Shown one piece after another: positions 38,004-52,100 of a stretch of DNA of 64,000 nucleotides. Source of the stretch: Eledone cirrhosa (lineage: Eukaryota); NCBI GenBank assembly GCA_964016885.1, contig OZ024743.1:329530001-329594000 (forward strand), written 5' to 3'. Each line of letters opens with the position of its first letter. Position 1 is the stretch's first letter. The translations under genes were made by a program, and so were the position numbers. A model generated the notes under the pieces. It saw only the letters and a list, made by a program, of their open reading frames with translations. It searched no databases and was not told where the DNA came from.

Positions 38004-38586
38004 TACTTGGCGAGGGTCATATTTGTGTAATATTGCCAGAATTAATAACAGAACACACTCACTGTTTGGTTGGTTTTCGCTTTTCGCTTCTGTGTCTTTT
38101 ATATCGGTAATCTAATTTATTTGGTCCTCAATGTTGCCATTGACTGACCAACGGTCAAAAATAGTACAGATACAATATAGACACAAACACATATATATAG
38201 TTTATCAAAGTTCTTTCGTTGCACATCTGCAACATCGTCAGTGGTGCTATAGATTCCTCCCGTTGCATTGTATTTCTACGCCATCTTTATTTAGTCTAAA
38301 TAAAGATGGCGTAGAAATACAATGCAACGGGAGGAATCTATAGCACCACTGACAATGTTGCAGATGTGCAACGAAAGAACTTTGATAAACTATATATATG
38401 TGTTTGTGTCTATATTGTATCTGTATTATTTTTGACCGTTGGTCAGTCAATGGCAACATTGAGGACCGAATAAATTAGATTACCGATATAAAAGACACAG
38501 AAGCGAAAAGCGAAAACCAACCAAACAGTGAGTGTGTTCTGTTATTAATTCTGGCAATATTACACAAATATGACCCTCCCCAAGTA
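38004..38586. repeat. 583-bp near-perfect palindrome (291-bp arms, 1-nt spacer at 38295)
   Basis: Arms are reverse complements with about 4 mismatches seen; the mirrored ORFs 38131+ and 38459- confirm the symmetry. Confidence 0.95.
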
Positions 38587-38650
38587 AAATAATATTTGTT
38601 TCGACACACGATTTCATATAAAAAACCTCGCAAAACTAATTCATCGCCGT

Positions 38651-38681
<31 letters not shown>

Positions 38682-38691
38682 AAATCTGCCA

Positions 38692-38726
<35 letters not shown>

Positions 38727-38863
38727 CAGAAGGGATATTCAATTTGTTGGTAATTCAACAAATATAAATGTTTATAACTGATTCAGAGCACTCGACAAGT
38801 TTTCTGGAGTATAATATACAATGATATTAAATAAATGGAAACTATATTTATAAAACCATATTT

Positions 38864-38922
38864 ATTCTATTATATATATTTCAAGGGTACCAAAATTTTG
38901 GTACGCTATCATCAGATAAAAT
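38864..38922 (-). ncRNA. Type I hammerhead ribozyme (minus-strand twin)
   Basis: Reverse-complement copy of 39536-39594. Confidence 0.72.
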
Positions 38923-39535
38923 ACGAAGTGTGTTTTATAAATTTTATTTGTTTATATATCTTCGCTAAATCAACAATATTCTGAAAACATTTTCAATGTT
39001 GAACAAAATTTTTGAATCCACAAATTGTTATACTCTCACAACTTGAACCACCTATTTTTAAGTAAAATACAAAATCAACATCATTCGTAACTCATATTTG
39101 ATATATAAACAACTAATGCATACGTAATTTATTAATATATATATAGATATTTATATACATATAACCTATCCTAATGTAATAAGATAAAAATACGTACAAC
39201 CATAATTCTTCATATAATCTAATTGATTATATATACAATATTTAACTCATAATATAGGTAAATAAATTTTCCCCCCAAATTAACGTAAATGCTAGCTCTT
39301 CTTCCTTTCTCTTCTATCCTACGCATACAATAACTTGTCATAATTATTTACATTTTCCATAGCGTCTAAAATAACGTTTTTCTCAGCCTTTTTACCTAAA
39401 CTTCATTTGCATACTCATCTTAATAATTTGAAATATCTGACTTTTCTTCTCTTATCCCTTCACTATCCAAGGATAACTTTAACCGTTAAGGTATATTATC
39501 CTTGGTTATGTCAATATTTATAAAACACACTTCGT

Positions 39536-39594
39536 ATTTTATCTGATGATAGCGTACCAAAATTTTGGTACCCTAGAAATATATATAATAGAAT
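39536..39594 (+). ncRNA. Type I hammerhead ribozyme (minimal palindromic stem III)
   Basis: Stem I ATTTTAT/ATAGAAT; CTGATGA (39543-39549); stem II TAG-GTACCAA/TTGGTAC-CTA; GAAA (39576-39579); ATATATAT-A. Confidence 0.75.
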
Positions 39595-39688
39595 AAATAT
39601 GGTTTTATAAATATAGTTTCCATTTATTTAATATCATTGTGTGTGTATATATAAATATATATATATACAATGATATTAAATAAATAGA

Positions 39689-39719
<31 letters not shown>

Positions 39720-39722
<3 letters not shown>

Positions 39723-39912
39723 TTAATATAGATGAGATTCTACAGGACTAGAACTGTTTCATTCTTTAGAAATCATCAGGAATCTCTGATGATTTCTAAA
39801 GAATGAAACAGTTCTAGTCCTGTAGAATCTCATCTATATTAAAACTTTTATACTCTGCAATGTATTGAGTAACTTACTTACTGTGGTTACCTCCGATTCA
39901 ACCCGGAATAAC
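39720..39912. mobile_element. Second copy of fold-back family H1
   Basis: Near-identical to 26433-26616 but with a different apex junction. Confidence 0.85.
39734..39786 (-). ncRNA. Type I hammerhead ribozyme (family H1)
   Basis: Minus strand GAGATTC-CTGATGA-TTTCTAAAGAAT-GAAA-CAG-TTCTAGTC-CTGT-A-GAATCTC. Confidence 0.8.
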
Positions 39913-39930
39913 GTATATATGTATATATAC

Positions 39931-39979
<49 letters not shown>

Positions 39980-39993
39980 ATATATATATACTA

Positions 39994-40025
<32 letters not shown>

Positions 40026-40124
40026 CTATATTTATATATATATATACTATATATATATATGTATATATATATATATGTATATATATATATTTATATATAT
40101 ATACACACACACATATATATATAT

Positions 40125-40197
<73 letters not shown>

Positions 40198-40244
40198 TAC
40201 ATATGCACGCATGCATAGTTATACATTTACATCCATATATATAA

Positions 40245-40660
40245 TATATGGATGTCTCTTTGCTGGAAGACGATGTTTATAATAGAGAGTCCATTGCTAG
40301 AACCGAAGTCTAATAAGGTCTCTCCATTCGTAGTTAGATCGGGGGGCGCCATTTCTTCCAATCATTCCTTTCCATGTTAAGTTGTCAGTGCCAACATGTG
40401 AATTTAAGTCCCCCCATCAGGATATATGATCTAGTCATAACTACATTTAATGTTGCAGGGTCTTCATCAAGAAAGGACCTGTATTCGGACTCTTTGTTTG
40501 GTGCATAAACTTGCACCACCCATATAGATCGATCTTTCAGTTCAAGCTTCACGCAGAATATCCTCCTTCCTAATGGTATCCAGATACGATGGTTACTTGC
40601 GATATAAGTGGGCAACTGCTGGATTAATAAGCAACCCTGACCAACAGCGCTAAGGTACTA
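40245..40660 (-). mobile_element. Degenerate LINE APE endonuclease fragment (RTE-like)
   Basis: RRIFCVKLELKDRSIWVVQVYAPNKESEYRSFLDE...ILMG(D)LNSHVG and a downstream NGE-LLDF motif. Confidence 0.7.
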
Positions 40661-41269
40661 GGGAAGATGGAGCAATTGGTGACATCTGTAGCTTCCAAGA
40701 AAATTCCCACAACTCAGTGCTGTAGCTATGATGAGGCAAGGAAAGACCGCCTCTAAAACAGCCTAGTCTTCGCGGGTCTGAGAAAGTACCAGATTGGTGA
40801 CTGGCACGACTAAGACCACCAAAACTGCAATATGGTGAGATGTAAGAAAAAGAAACATATCGCATCGTCCTTCGTACAGGTTAACAAGGGACGCATGTTT
40901 CCATTTCATACCGTAAAAACTGACAATGGGCCTGCGACCTGTCCTGGGAGTCGTGGTATGGACACACAGAGATTGAGTATTATTGCATCCTTCATCATTT
41001 GTTCATTTTTCCTGTCAATATCTCCAACTGATACGATTCATCCTCGTTATATATCTTACAAATAGAAATTATAGTTCATTATTTGCGAGGAATGCAGCGA
41101 GATGGGTCTAGAATATCGAGACAAGTAACAGGTGGTAGAATAACTACTTTCTATTCGCTTGTATATCGAGTAATCGTGATCAAACAACCCTCTGAAACGA
41201 TCGTAAAACAATGAACTAGTTAAGAACATATCTTCGCTTTTTGTTTTATTTAATTGTTTTCAAAACACA

Positions 41270-41652
41270 CACACACACACAATTTGGGGGGAGGGAAACT
41301 CGATTAGATAGATCCAGTTCGTTACTGGTGCTTTATTTTATCGATTCCGTAAGGATGAAAGGCAAAGCAACCCTCGGCGAGATTGGATCTCAGAATGTAA
41401 AGGGCCGCAAGTATTTGCCAGGAACCATTGACTGACACTCTACCGATATTCCCAATCCAAATAATAATAATTGTTTCTACTTTTGGCACAAGGCCAGCAA
41501 TTCTTCCAGTACATTACTGGTACTTTATTTTATCGACCCCGTAACGATGAAAGGCAAAGTCAATCTCGACGGGATTTGAACTCAGAATAGAAAGGGCCGT
41601 AACTATGCTAAAAAGCATGGCGTCCAGCCCTCTACCGATACTGCCAATTTAC
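41270..41652 (-). mobile_element. Two tandem SINE family A copies
   Basis: 41270-41458 (long variant) and 41462-41652 (short variant), both on the minus strand. Confidence 0.88.
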
Positions 41653-41920
41653 CAATAATAATGATAATAAAAATAGTAATAGGGAGGTTATTGACCGATG
41701 TGGTGTTGAAGCAAAGTAAAGGTGGTGGTGGGAATTATGTCGGAAAGGTAAGTAATGTGCCTCAAAAGACTGAACAGCCACCATTCCAACTGCCAGCCAT
41801 TTAACAGTTACCAGAACCGCCATACCTCTTTGGAATGTCAGACACATGATACCAGCGCCATTCCATTTATACAAATATATAAAAGTGGACCAAAGTTCTC
41901 TACTGTATTATATGTAGTGT

Positions 41921-42872
41921 CTACTACTACGGCTACTGCTACTGCTACTACCAGTACCACTAATACTACTACCACTACAGCTACTGCTCCCACCACTACT
42001 ACTACTCGCACCACTACCAACACTACTACTACTGCTACCACCACCAACACCACTACTACTGTTACCACCATCAACACCACTACTACAGCTACCACCACCA
42101 CCACTACTACCACCAAAACCACTACTACAGCTACCACCACCACCACTACTACCACCACCACCACTACTACCACCAACACCACTACTACAGCTACCACCAC
42201 CACCACTACTACCACCAACACCACTACTACAGCTACCACCACTACCACTACTACCACCAACACCACTACTACAGCTACCACCACCACCACTACTACCACC
42301 AACACCCCTACAACAGCTACCACCACCACCACTACTACCACTAACACCACTACTACAGCTACCACAACCACTACCACCAACACCACTACTACAGCTACCA
42401 CCACCACCACTACTACCACCAAAACCACTACTACAGCTACCACCACCACCACTACTACCACCAACACCACTACTACCACCAACACCACTACAACAGCTAC
42501 CACCACCACCACTACTACCACTAACACCCTTACTACAGCTACCACCACCATCACTACTACCACCATCACTACTACCACCAACACCCCTATTACAGCTACC
42601 ACTACCACCACTACTACCACCACTACTACCACCAACACCCTTACTACAGCTACCACCACCACTACTACCACCAACACCCTTACTACAGTTACCACCACCA
42701 CCACTACTACCACCAACACCCCTATTACAGCTACCACTACTACCACTACTACCACCAACACCCCTACTACAGCTACCACCACCACCACTACTACCACCAA
42801 CACCCCTACTACAGCTACCACCACCAACACTACTACCACCAACACCCCTACTACAGCTACCACTACCACCAA
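41921..42872. repeat. (ACC/ACT)n field with about 39-bp unit marked by ACAGCT
   Basis: Unit approximately ACCAACACCACTACTACAGCTACCACCACCACCACTACT. Confidence 0.93.
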
Positions 42873-42925
42873 TATTACGACCTGTTGATTAGAATAGCTA
42901 ATGATATAATTGACATCTAGGTAGG

Positions 42926-43160
42926 CGCATGGCTTAATGGTTAGAGCAATCGAAATGTTGTGAGTTCAATTCTCGGACCGGGTGATGTGTTGTGTCCTTG
43001 AGCAAGACACTTTATTTCACGTTGCTCCAGTTTACTCAGCTGTAGAAATGAGATAAGACTGGGGTCCCTGTCATTAAATTACCCAAGACACCGCTAACGA
43101 GATATGCCTTGGAGGTGGCCAGTTAAACCTCCATAGGTGTGAGATGTAACATACGTACAT
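42926..43160 (+). mobile_element. tRNA-derived SINE family B with target-site duplication
   Basis: A-box TGGCTTAATGG, B-box GAGTTCAATTC, CORE-like GTGTCCTTGAGCAAGACACTT...CTCAGCTGTAGAAATG; (CATA)-like tail; ACATCTAGGTAGG at 42913-42925 and 43161-43173. Confidence 0.88.
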
Positions 43161-43183
43161 ACATCTAGGTAGGGAACCTGCCT

Positions 43184-46100
43184 AGACAATCACCCCTATC
43201 AACCACAGACGACGATCTCAACACCATCGGAGACCATCACCCCTATCAATAAGAGACGACGATCTCAACACCATCGCAGACCATCACCCTATCAACCAGA
43301 GACGACGATCTCAACACCATCGCAGACCATCACCCCTATCAATCACAGACGACGATCTCAACACCATCACAGACCAGCACCCCTATCAACCACAGACGAC
43401 GTTCTCAACACCATCGCAGACCATCACCTCCATCAACCACAGACGACGATCTCAACACCATCGCAGACCATCACCCCTATCAACCACAGACGACGATCTC
43501 AGCACCATCGCAGACCATCACCCCTATCAACCAGAGACGACGTTCTCAACACCATCGCAAACCATCACCCCTATCAACCACAGACGAGGATCTCAACACC
43601 ATCGCAGACCATCACCCCTATCAACTAGAGACTACGATCTCAACACCATCGCCCCTATCAACTAGAGACGACGATCTCAACACCATCGCAGACCATCACC
43701 CCTATCAATAAGAGACGACGATCTCAACACCATCGCAGACCATCACCCCTATCAACCACAGACGACGATCTTAACACCATCGCAGACCATCACCCCTATC
43801 AACCACAGACGACGATCTCAACACCATCGCAGACCATCACCCGTATCAATAAGAGACGACGATCTCAACACCATCGCAGACCATCACCCCTATCAACCAG
43901 AGACGACGTTCTCAACACCATCGCAGACCATCACCCCTATCAACCACAGACGACGATCTCAATACCATCGCAGACCATCACACCTATCAACCACAGACGA
44001 CGTTCTCAACATCATCGCAGACCATCACCCCTATCAACCAGAGACGACGATCTCAACACCATCGCAGACCATCACCCCTATCAACCACAGACAACGATCT
44101 TAACACCATCGCAGACCATCACCCCTATCAACCACAGACGACGATCTCAACACCATCGCAGACCATCACCCCTATCAACCAGAGACGACGATCTCAGCAC
44201 CATCGCAGACCATCACCCCTATCAACCACAGACGACGATCTCAGCACCATCGCAGACCATCACCCCTATCAACCACAGACGACGATCTCAACACCATCGC
44301 AGACCATCACCCCTATCAACCACAGACGACGATCTCAATACCATCGCAGACCATCACACCTATCAACCAAAGACGACTATCTCAACACCATCGCAGACCA
44401 TCACCCCTATCAACCAGAGACGACGATCTCAACACCATCGCAGACCATCACCCCTATCAACCACAGACGACGTTCTCAACACCATCGCAGACCAACACCC
44501 CTATCAACCAGAGACGACGATCTCAACACCATCGCAGACCATCACCCCTATCAACCAGAGACGACGATCTCAACACCATCGCAGACCATCACCCCTATCA
44601 ACCACAGACGACGTTCTCAACACCATCGCAGTCCATCACCCCTATCAACCAGAGACGACGATCTCAACACCATCGCAGACCATCACCCCTATCAACCAGA
44701 GACGACGATCTCAACACCATCGCAGACCAACACCCCTATCAACCACAGACGACGATCTCAATACAATCGCAGTGCATCACCCCTATCAACCACAGACGAC
44801 GTTCTCAACACCATCGCAGACCATCACCCCTATCAACCAGAGACGACGATCTCAACACCATCGCAGACCATCACCCCTATCAACCACAGACGACGTTCTC
44901 AACACCATCGCAGACCATCACCCCTATCAACCACAGACGACGATCTCAACACCATCGCAGACCATCACCCCTATCAACCACAGACGACGTTCTCAACACC
45001 ATCGCAGACCATCACCTCTATCAACCACAGACGACGTTCTCAACACCATCGCAGACCATCACCCCTATCAACCAGAGTCGACGATCTCAACACCATCGCA
45101 GACCATCACCCCTATCAACCACAGACGACGATCTCAACACCATCGCAGACCATCACCCCTATCAACCACAGACGACGATCTCAACACCATCGCAGAGCAT
45201 CACCCCTATCAACCAGAGACGACGATCTCAACACCATCGCAGACCAACACCCCTATCAACCACAGACGACGATCTCAATACAATCGCAGTCCATCACCCC
45301 TATCAACCACAGACGACGTTCTCAACACCATCGCAGACCATCACCCCTATCAACCAGAGACGACGATCTCAACACCATCGCAGACCATCACCCCTATCAA
45401 CCACAGACGACGTGCTCAACACCATCGCAGACCATCACCCCTATCAACCACAGACGACGATCTCAACACCATCGCAGACCATCACCCCTATCAACCACAG
45501 ACGACGTTCTCAACACCATCGCAGACCATCACCTCTATCAACCACAGACGACGTTCTCAACACCATCGCAGACCATCACCCCTATCAACCAGAGTCGACG
45601 ATCTCAACACCATCGCAGACCATCACCCCTATCAACCACAGACGACGATCTCAACACCATCGCAGACCATCACCCGAAACAACCAAAGACGACGATCTCA
45701 ACACCATCGCAGACCATCACCCCTATCAACCAGAGACGACGTTCTCAACACCATCGCAGACCATCACCCCTATCAACCAGAGACGACGATCTCAACACCA
45801 TCGCAGACCATCACCCCTATCAACCAGAGACGACGATCTCAATACCATCGCAGACCATCACCCCTATCAACCAGAGACGACGTTTTCAACACCATCGCAG
45901 ACCATCACCCCTATCAACCACAGACGACGATCTCAACACCATCGCAGACCATTACCCCTATCAACCACAGACGACGTTCTCAACACCATCGCAGACCATC
46001 ACCTCTATCAACCACAGACGACGTTCTCAACACCATCGCAGTCCATCACCCCTATCAACCACGGACGACGATCTCAACACCATCGCAGACCATCACCCCT

Positions 46101-49100
46101 ATCAACCAGAGACGACGATCTCAACACCATCGCAGACCATCACCCCTATCAACCAGAGACGACGATCTCAATACCATCGCAGACCATCACCCCTATCAAC
46201 CAGAGACGACGTTTTCAACACCATCGCAGACCATCACCCCTATCAACCACAGACGACGATCTCAACACCATCGCAGACCATTACCCCTATCAACCACAGA
46301 CGACGTTCTCAACACCATCGCAGACCATCACCTCTATCAACCACAGACGACGTTCTCAACACCATCGCAGTCCATCACCCCTATCAACCACGGACGACGT
46401 TCTCAACACCATCGCAGACCATCACCCCTATCAACCAGAGACGATGTTCTCAACACCATCGCAGACCATCACCCCTATCAACCAGAGACGAGGATCTCAA
46501 CACCATCGCAGATCATCACCCCTATCAACCAGAGACGACGTTTTCAACACCATCGCAGACCATCACCCCTATCAACCACAGACGACGATCTCAACACCAT
46601 CGCAGACCATTACCCCTATCAACCACAGACGACGTTCTCAACACCATCGCAGACCATCACCTCTATCAACCACAGACGACGTTCTCAACACCATCGCAGT
46701 CCATCACCCCTATCAACCACGGACGACGTTCTCAACACCATCGCAGACCATCACCCCTATCAACCAGAGACGATGTTCTCAACACCATCGCAGACCATCA
46801 CCCCTATCAACCAGAGACGAGGATCTCAACACCATCGCAGATCATCACCCCTATCAACCAGAGACGACGATCTCAACACCATCGCAGACCATCACCCCTA
46901 TCAACCACAGACGACGATGTCAACACCATCGCAGACCATCACACCTATCAACCACACACGACGTTCCCAACACCATCGCAGACCATCACCCCTATCAACC
47001 ACAGACGACGATCTCAATACAATCGCAGTCCATCGCCCCTATCAACCACAGACGACGTTCTCAACACCATCGCAGACCATCACCTCTATCAACCACAGAC
47101 GACGTTCTCAACACCATCGCAGACCATCACCCCTATCAACCAGAGACGACGATCTCAACACCATCGCAGACCATCACCCCTATCAACCACGGACGACGAT
47201 CTCAACACCATCGCAGACCATCACCCCTATCAACCAGAGACGATGTTCTCAACACCATCGCAGACCATCACCCCTATCAATCAGAGACGACGTTCTCAAC
47301 ACCATCGCAGACCATCACCCCTATCAACCAGAGACGACGATCTCAACACCATCGCAGACCATCACCCCTATCAAGCTGAGACGACGATCTCAACACCATC
47401 GCAGACCATCACCCCTATCAACCAGAGACGACGATCTCAACACCATCGCAGACCATCACACCTATCAACCAGAGACGATGATCTCAACACCATCGCAGAC
47501 CATCACCCCTATCAAGCTGAGACGACGATCTCAACACCATCGCAGACCATCACCCCTATCAACCACAGACGACGATCTCAACACCATCGCAGACCATCAC
47601 CCCTATCAACCAGAGACGACGTTCTCAACACCATCGCAGACCATCACCCCTATCAATCAGAGACGACGTTCTCAACACCATCGCAGACCATCACCCCTAT
47701 CAACCAGAGACGACGATCTCAACACCATCGCAGACCATCACCCCTATCAACCAGAGACGACGATCTCAACACCATCGCAGACCATCACACCTATCAACTA
47801 GAGACGACGTTCTCAACACCATCGCAGAACATCACCCCTATCAACCACAGACGACGATCTCAACACCATCGCAGACCATCACCCCTATCAAGCTGAGACG
47901 ACGATCTCAACACCATCGCAGACAATCACCCCTATCAACCACAGACGACGATCTCAACACCATCGCAGACCATCACACCTATCAACCACAGACGACGATC
48001 TCAACACCATCGCAGAACAACACCCCTATCAACCAGAGACGACGATCTCAACACCATCGCAGACCATCACCACTATCCACCTCAGACGACGTTCTCAACA
48101 CCATCGCAGACCATCACCCCTATCAACCACAGACGACGATCTCAACACCATCGCAGACCATCACCCCTATCAACCAGAGACGACGATCTCAACACCATCG
48201 CAGACCATCACCCCTATCAATCAGAGACGACGTTCTCAACACCATCGCAGACCATCACCCCTATCAACCAGAGACGACGATCTCAACACCATCGCAGACC
48301 ATCACCCCTATCAAGCTGAGACGACGATCTCAACACCATCGCAGACCATCACCCCTATCAACCAGAGACGACGATCTCAACACCATCGCAGACCATCACC
48401 CCTATCAACCAGAGACGACGATCTCAACACCATCGCAGACCATCACCCCTATCAACCACAGACGACGATCTCAACACCATCGCAGACCATCACCCCTATC
48501 AACCACAGACGACGATCTCAACACCATCGCAGACCATCACCCCTATCAACCACAGACGACGATCTCAACACCATCGCAGACCGTCACCCCTATCAACCAG
48601 AGACGACGATCTCAACACCATCGCAGACCATCACCACTATTAAACCACAGACGACGATCTCAACACCATCGCAGACCATCATCCCTATCAACCACAGAAG
48701 ACGTTCTCAACACCATCGCAGACCATCACCCCTATCAACCAGAGTCGACGATCTCAACACCATCTCAGACCATCACCCCTATCAACCAGAGACGACGATC
48801 TCAACACCATCGCAGACCATCACCCTTATCAACCAGAGACGACGATCTCAACACCATCGCAGACCATCACCCCTATCAACCACAGACGACGATCTCAACA
48901 CCATCGCAGACCATCACCTCTATCAACCACAGACGACGTTCTCAACACCATCGCAGACCATCACCTCTATCAACCACAGACGACGTTCTCAACACCATCG
49001 CAGACCAACACCCCTATCAACCACAGACGACGTTCTCAACACCATCGCAGACAATCACCTCTATCAACCAGAGACGACGATCTCAACACCATCGCAGACC

Positions 49101-52100
49101 ATCACCCCTATCAACCACAGACGACGTTCTCAACACCATCGCAGACCATCACCCCTATTAACCAGAGACGACGATCTCAACACCATCGCAGACCATCACC
49201 CCTATCAACCAGAGACGACGATCTCAACACCATCGCAGACCATCACACCTATCAACTAGAGACGACGTTCTCAACACCATCGCAGAACATCACCCCTATC
49301 AACCACAGACGACGATCTCAACACCATCGCAGACCATCACCCCTATCAAGCTGAGACGACGATCTCAACACCATCGCAGACCATCACCCCTATCAACCAC
49401 AGACGACGATCTCAACACCATCGCAGACCATCACACCTATCAACCACAGACGACGATCTCAACACCATCGCAGAACAACACCCCTATCAACCAGAGACGA
49501 CGATCTCAACACCATCGCAGACCATCACCACTATCCACCTCAGACGACGTTCTCAACACCATCGCAGACCATCACCCCTATCAACCACAGACGACGATCT
49601 CAACACCATCGCAGACCATCACCCCTATCAACCACAGACGACGATCTCAACACCATCGCAGACCATCACCCCTATCAACCAGAGACGACGATCTCAACAC
49701 AATCGCAGACCATCACCACTATCAAACCACAGACGACGATCTCAACACCATCGCAGACCATCACCCCTATCAACCAGAGACGACTATCTCAACACCATCG
49801 CAGACCATCACCCATATCATTCAGAGACGACGTTCTCAACACCATCGCAGACCATCACCCCTATCAGCCAGAGACGACGATCTCAACACCATCGCAGACC
49901 ATCACCCCTATCAACCACAGACGACGATCTCAATACAATCGCAGTCCATCACACCTATCAACTAGAGACGACGTTCTCAACACCATCGCAGAACATCACC
50001 CCTATCAACCACAGACGACGATCTCAACACCATCACAGAGCATCACCCCTATCAACCACAGACGACGTTCTCAACACCATCGCAGACCATCACCCCTATC
50101 AACCACAGACGACGATCTCAACACCATCACAGAGCATCACCCCTATCAACCACAGACGACGTTCTCAACACCATCGCAGACCATCACCCCTATCAACCAG
50201 AGTCGACGATCTCAACACCATCGCAGACCATCACCCCTATCAACCAGAGACGACGATCTCAACACCATCGCAGACCATCACCCCTATCAACCACAGACGA
50301 CGATCTCAACACCATCGCAGACCATCATCCCTATCAACCACAGACGACGATCTCAACACCATCGCAGACCAACACATCTATCAACCACAGACGACGATCT
50401 CAACACCATCGCAGACCATCACCCCTATAAACCAGAGTCGACGATCTCAACACCATCGCAGACCATCACCCCTATCAACCAGAGACGACGATCTCAACAC
50501 CATCGCAGACCATCACCCCTATCAACCAGAGACGAGGATCTCAACACCATCGCAGACCATCACCCCTATCAACCACAGACTACGTTCTCAACACCATCGC
50601 AGACCATCACCCCTATCAACCAGAGACGACGTTCTCAACACCATCGCCGACCATCACCCTTATCAACCACAGACGACGATCTCAACACCATCGCAGACAA
50701 TCACCTCTATCAACCAGAGACGACGATCTCAACACCATCGCAGACCATCACCCCTATCAACCAAAGACGACGTTCTCAACACCATCGCAGACCATCACCC
50801 CTATCAACCACAGACGACGATATCAACACCATCGCAGACCAACACCCCTATCAACCACAGACGACGTTCTCAACACCATCGCAGACCATCACCCCTATCA
50901 ACCACAGACGACGATCTCAACACCATCGCAGGCCATCACCCCTATCAACCACAGAAGACGATCTCAACACCATCGCAGACCATCACCCCTATCAACCAGA
51001 GACGACGTTCTCAAAACCATCGCAGACCATCACCCCTATCAACCACAGACGACGTTCTCAACACCATCGCAGACCATCACCCCTATCAACCAGAGACGAC
51101 AATCTCAACACCATCGCAGACCATCACCCCTATCAACCGGAGACGACGATCTCAACACCATCGCAGACCATCACCCCTATCAACCACAGATGACGATCTC
51201 AACACCATCGCAGACCATCAACCCTATCAACCGGAGACGACGATCTCAACACCATCGCAGACCATCACCCCTATCAACCAGAGACGACTATCTCAGCACC
51301 ATCGCAGACCATCACCCCTATCAACCGGAGACGACGATCTCAACACCATCGCAGATCATCACCCCTATCAACCAGAGACGACTATCTCAACACCATCGCA
51401 GACCATCACCCCTATCAACCAGAGACGACGTTCTCAACACCATCGCAGACCATCACACCTATCAACCAGAGACGACGTTCTCAACACCATCGCACACCAT
51501 CACCCCTATCAACCAGAGACGACGTTCTCAACACCATCGCAGACCATCACCCCTATCAACCAGAGACGACGTTCTCAACACCATCGCAGACCATCACCCC
51601 TATCAACCAGAGACGACGTTCTCAACACCATCGCAAACCATCACCCCTATCAAACAGAGACGACGTTCTCAACACCATTGCAGACCATCACCCCTATCAA
51701 CCACAGACGACGTTCTCAACACCATCGCAGACCATCGCCTCTATCAACCAGAGACGACGATCTCAACACCATCGCAGACCATCACCCCTATCAACCAGAG
51801 ACGACGATCTCAACACCATCGCAGACCATCACCCCTATCAACCACAGACGACGTTCTCAACACCATCGCAGACCATCACCCCTATCAACCACAGACCACG
51901 TTCTCAACACCATCGCAGACCATCACCCCTATCAACCAGAGACGACGTTCTCAACACCATCGCAGACCATTCACCTCTATCAACCACAGACGACGTTCTC
52001 AACACCATCGCAGACCAACACCCCTATCAACCACACACGACGTTCTCAACACCATCGCAGACAATCATCTCTATCAACCAGAGACGACGATCTCAACACC

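Larger units (their letters stand above)
38818..39640. mobile_element. Inverted-repeat PLE-type element (family H4)
   Basis: About 125-bp inverted arms 38818-38943 / 39516-39640 around an AT-rich spacer of about 570 bp. Confidence 0.78.

Noticed and set aside
41755-42888. 377-aa Thr-rich mucin-like ORF
   Set aside because: It is a trinucleotide-derived repeat open on both strands, with no signal peptide or supported exon structure; a mucin exon cannot be fully excluded without RNA data.
44772-47801. 1009-aa ORF and other long ORFs in 43-64 kb
   Set aside because: They are translations of the stop-free 47-bp satellite; the same peptide appears in all three frames, and starts and stops arise from sporadic variants.
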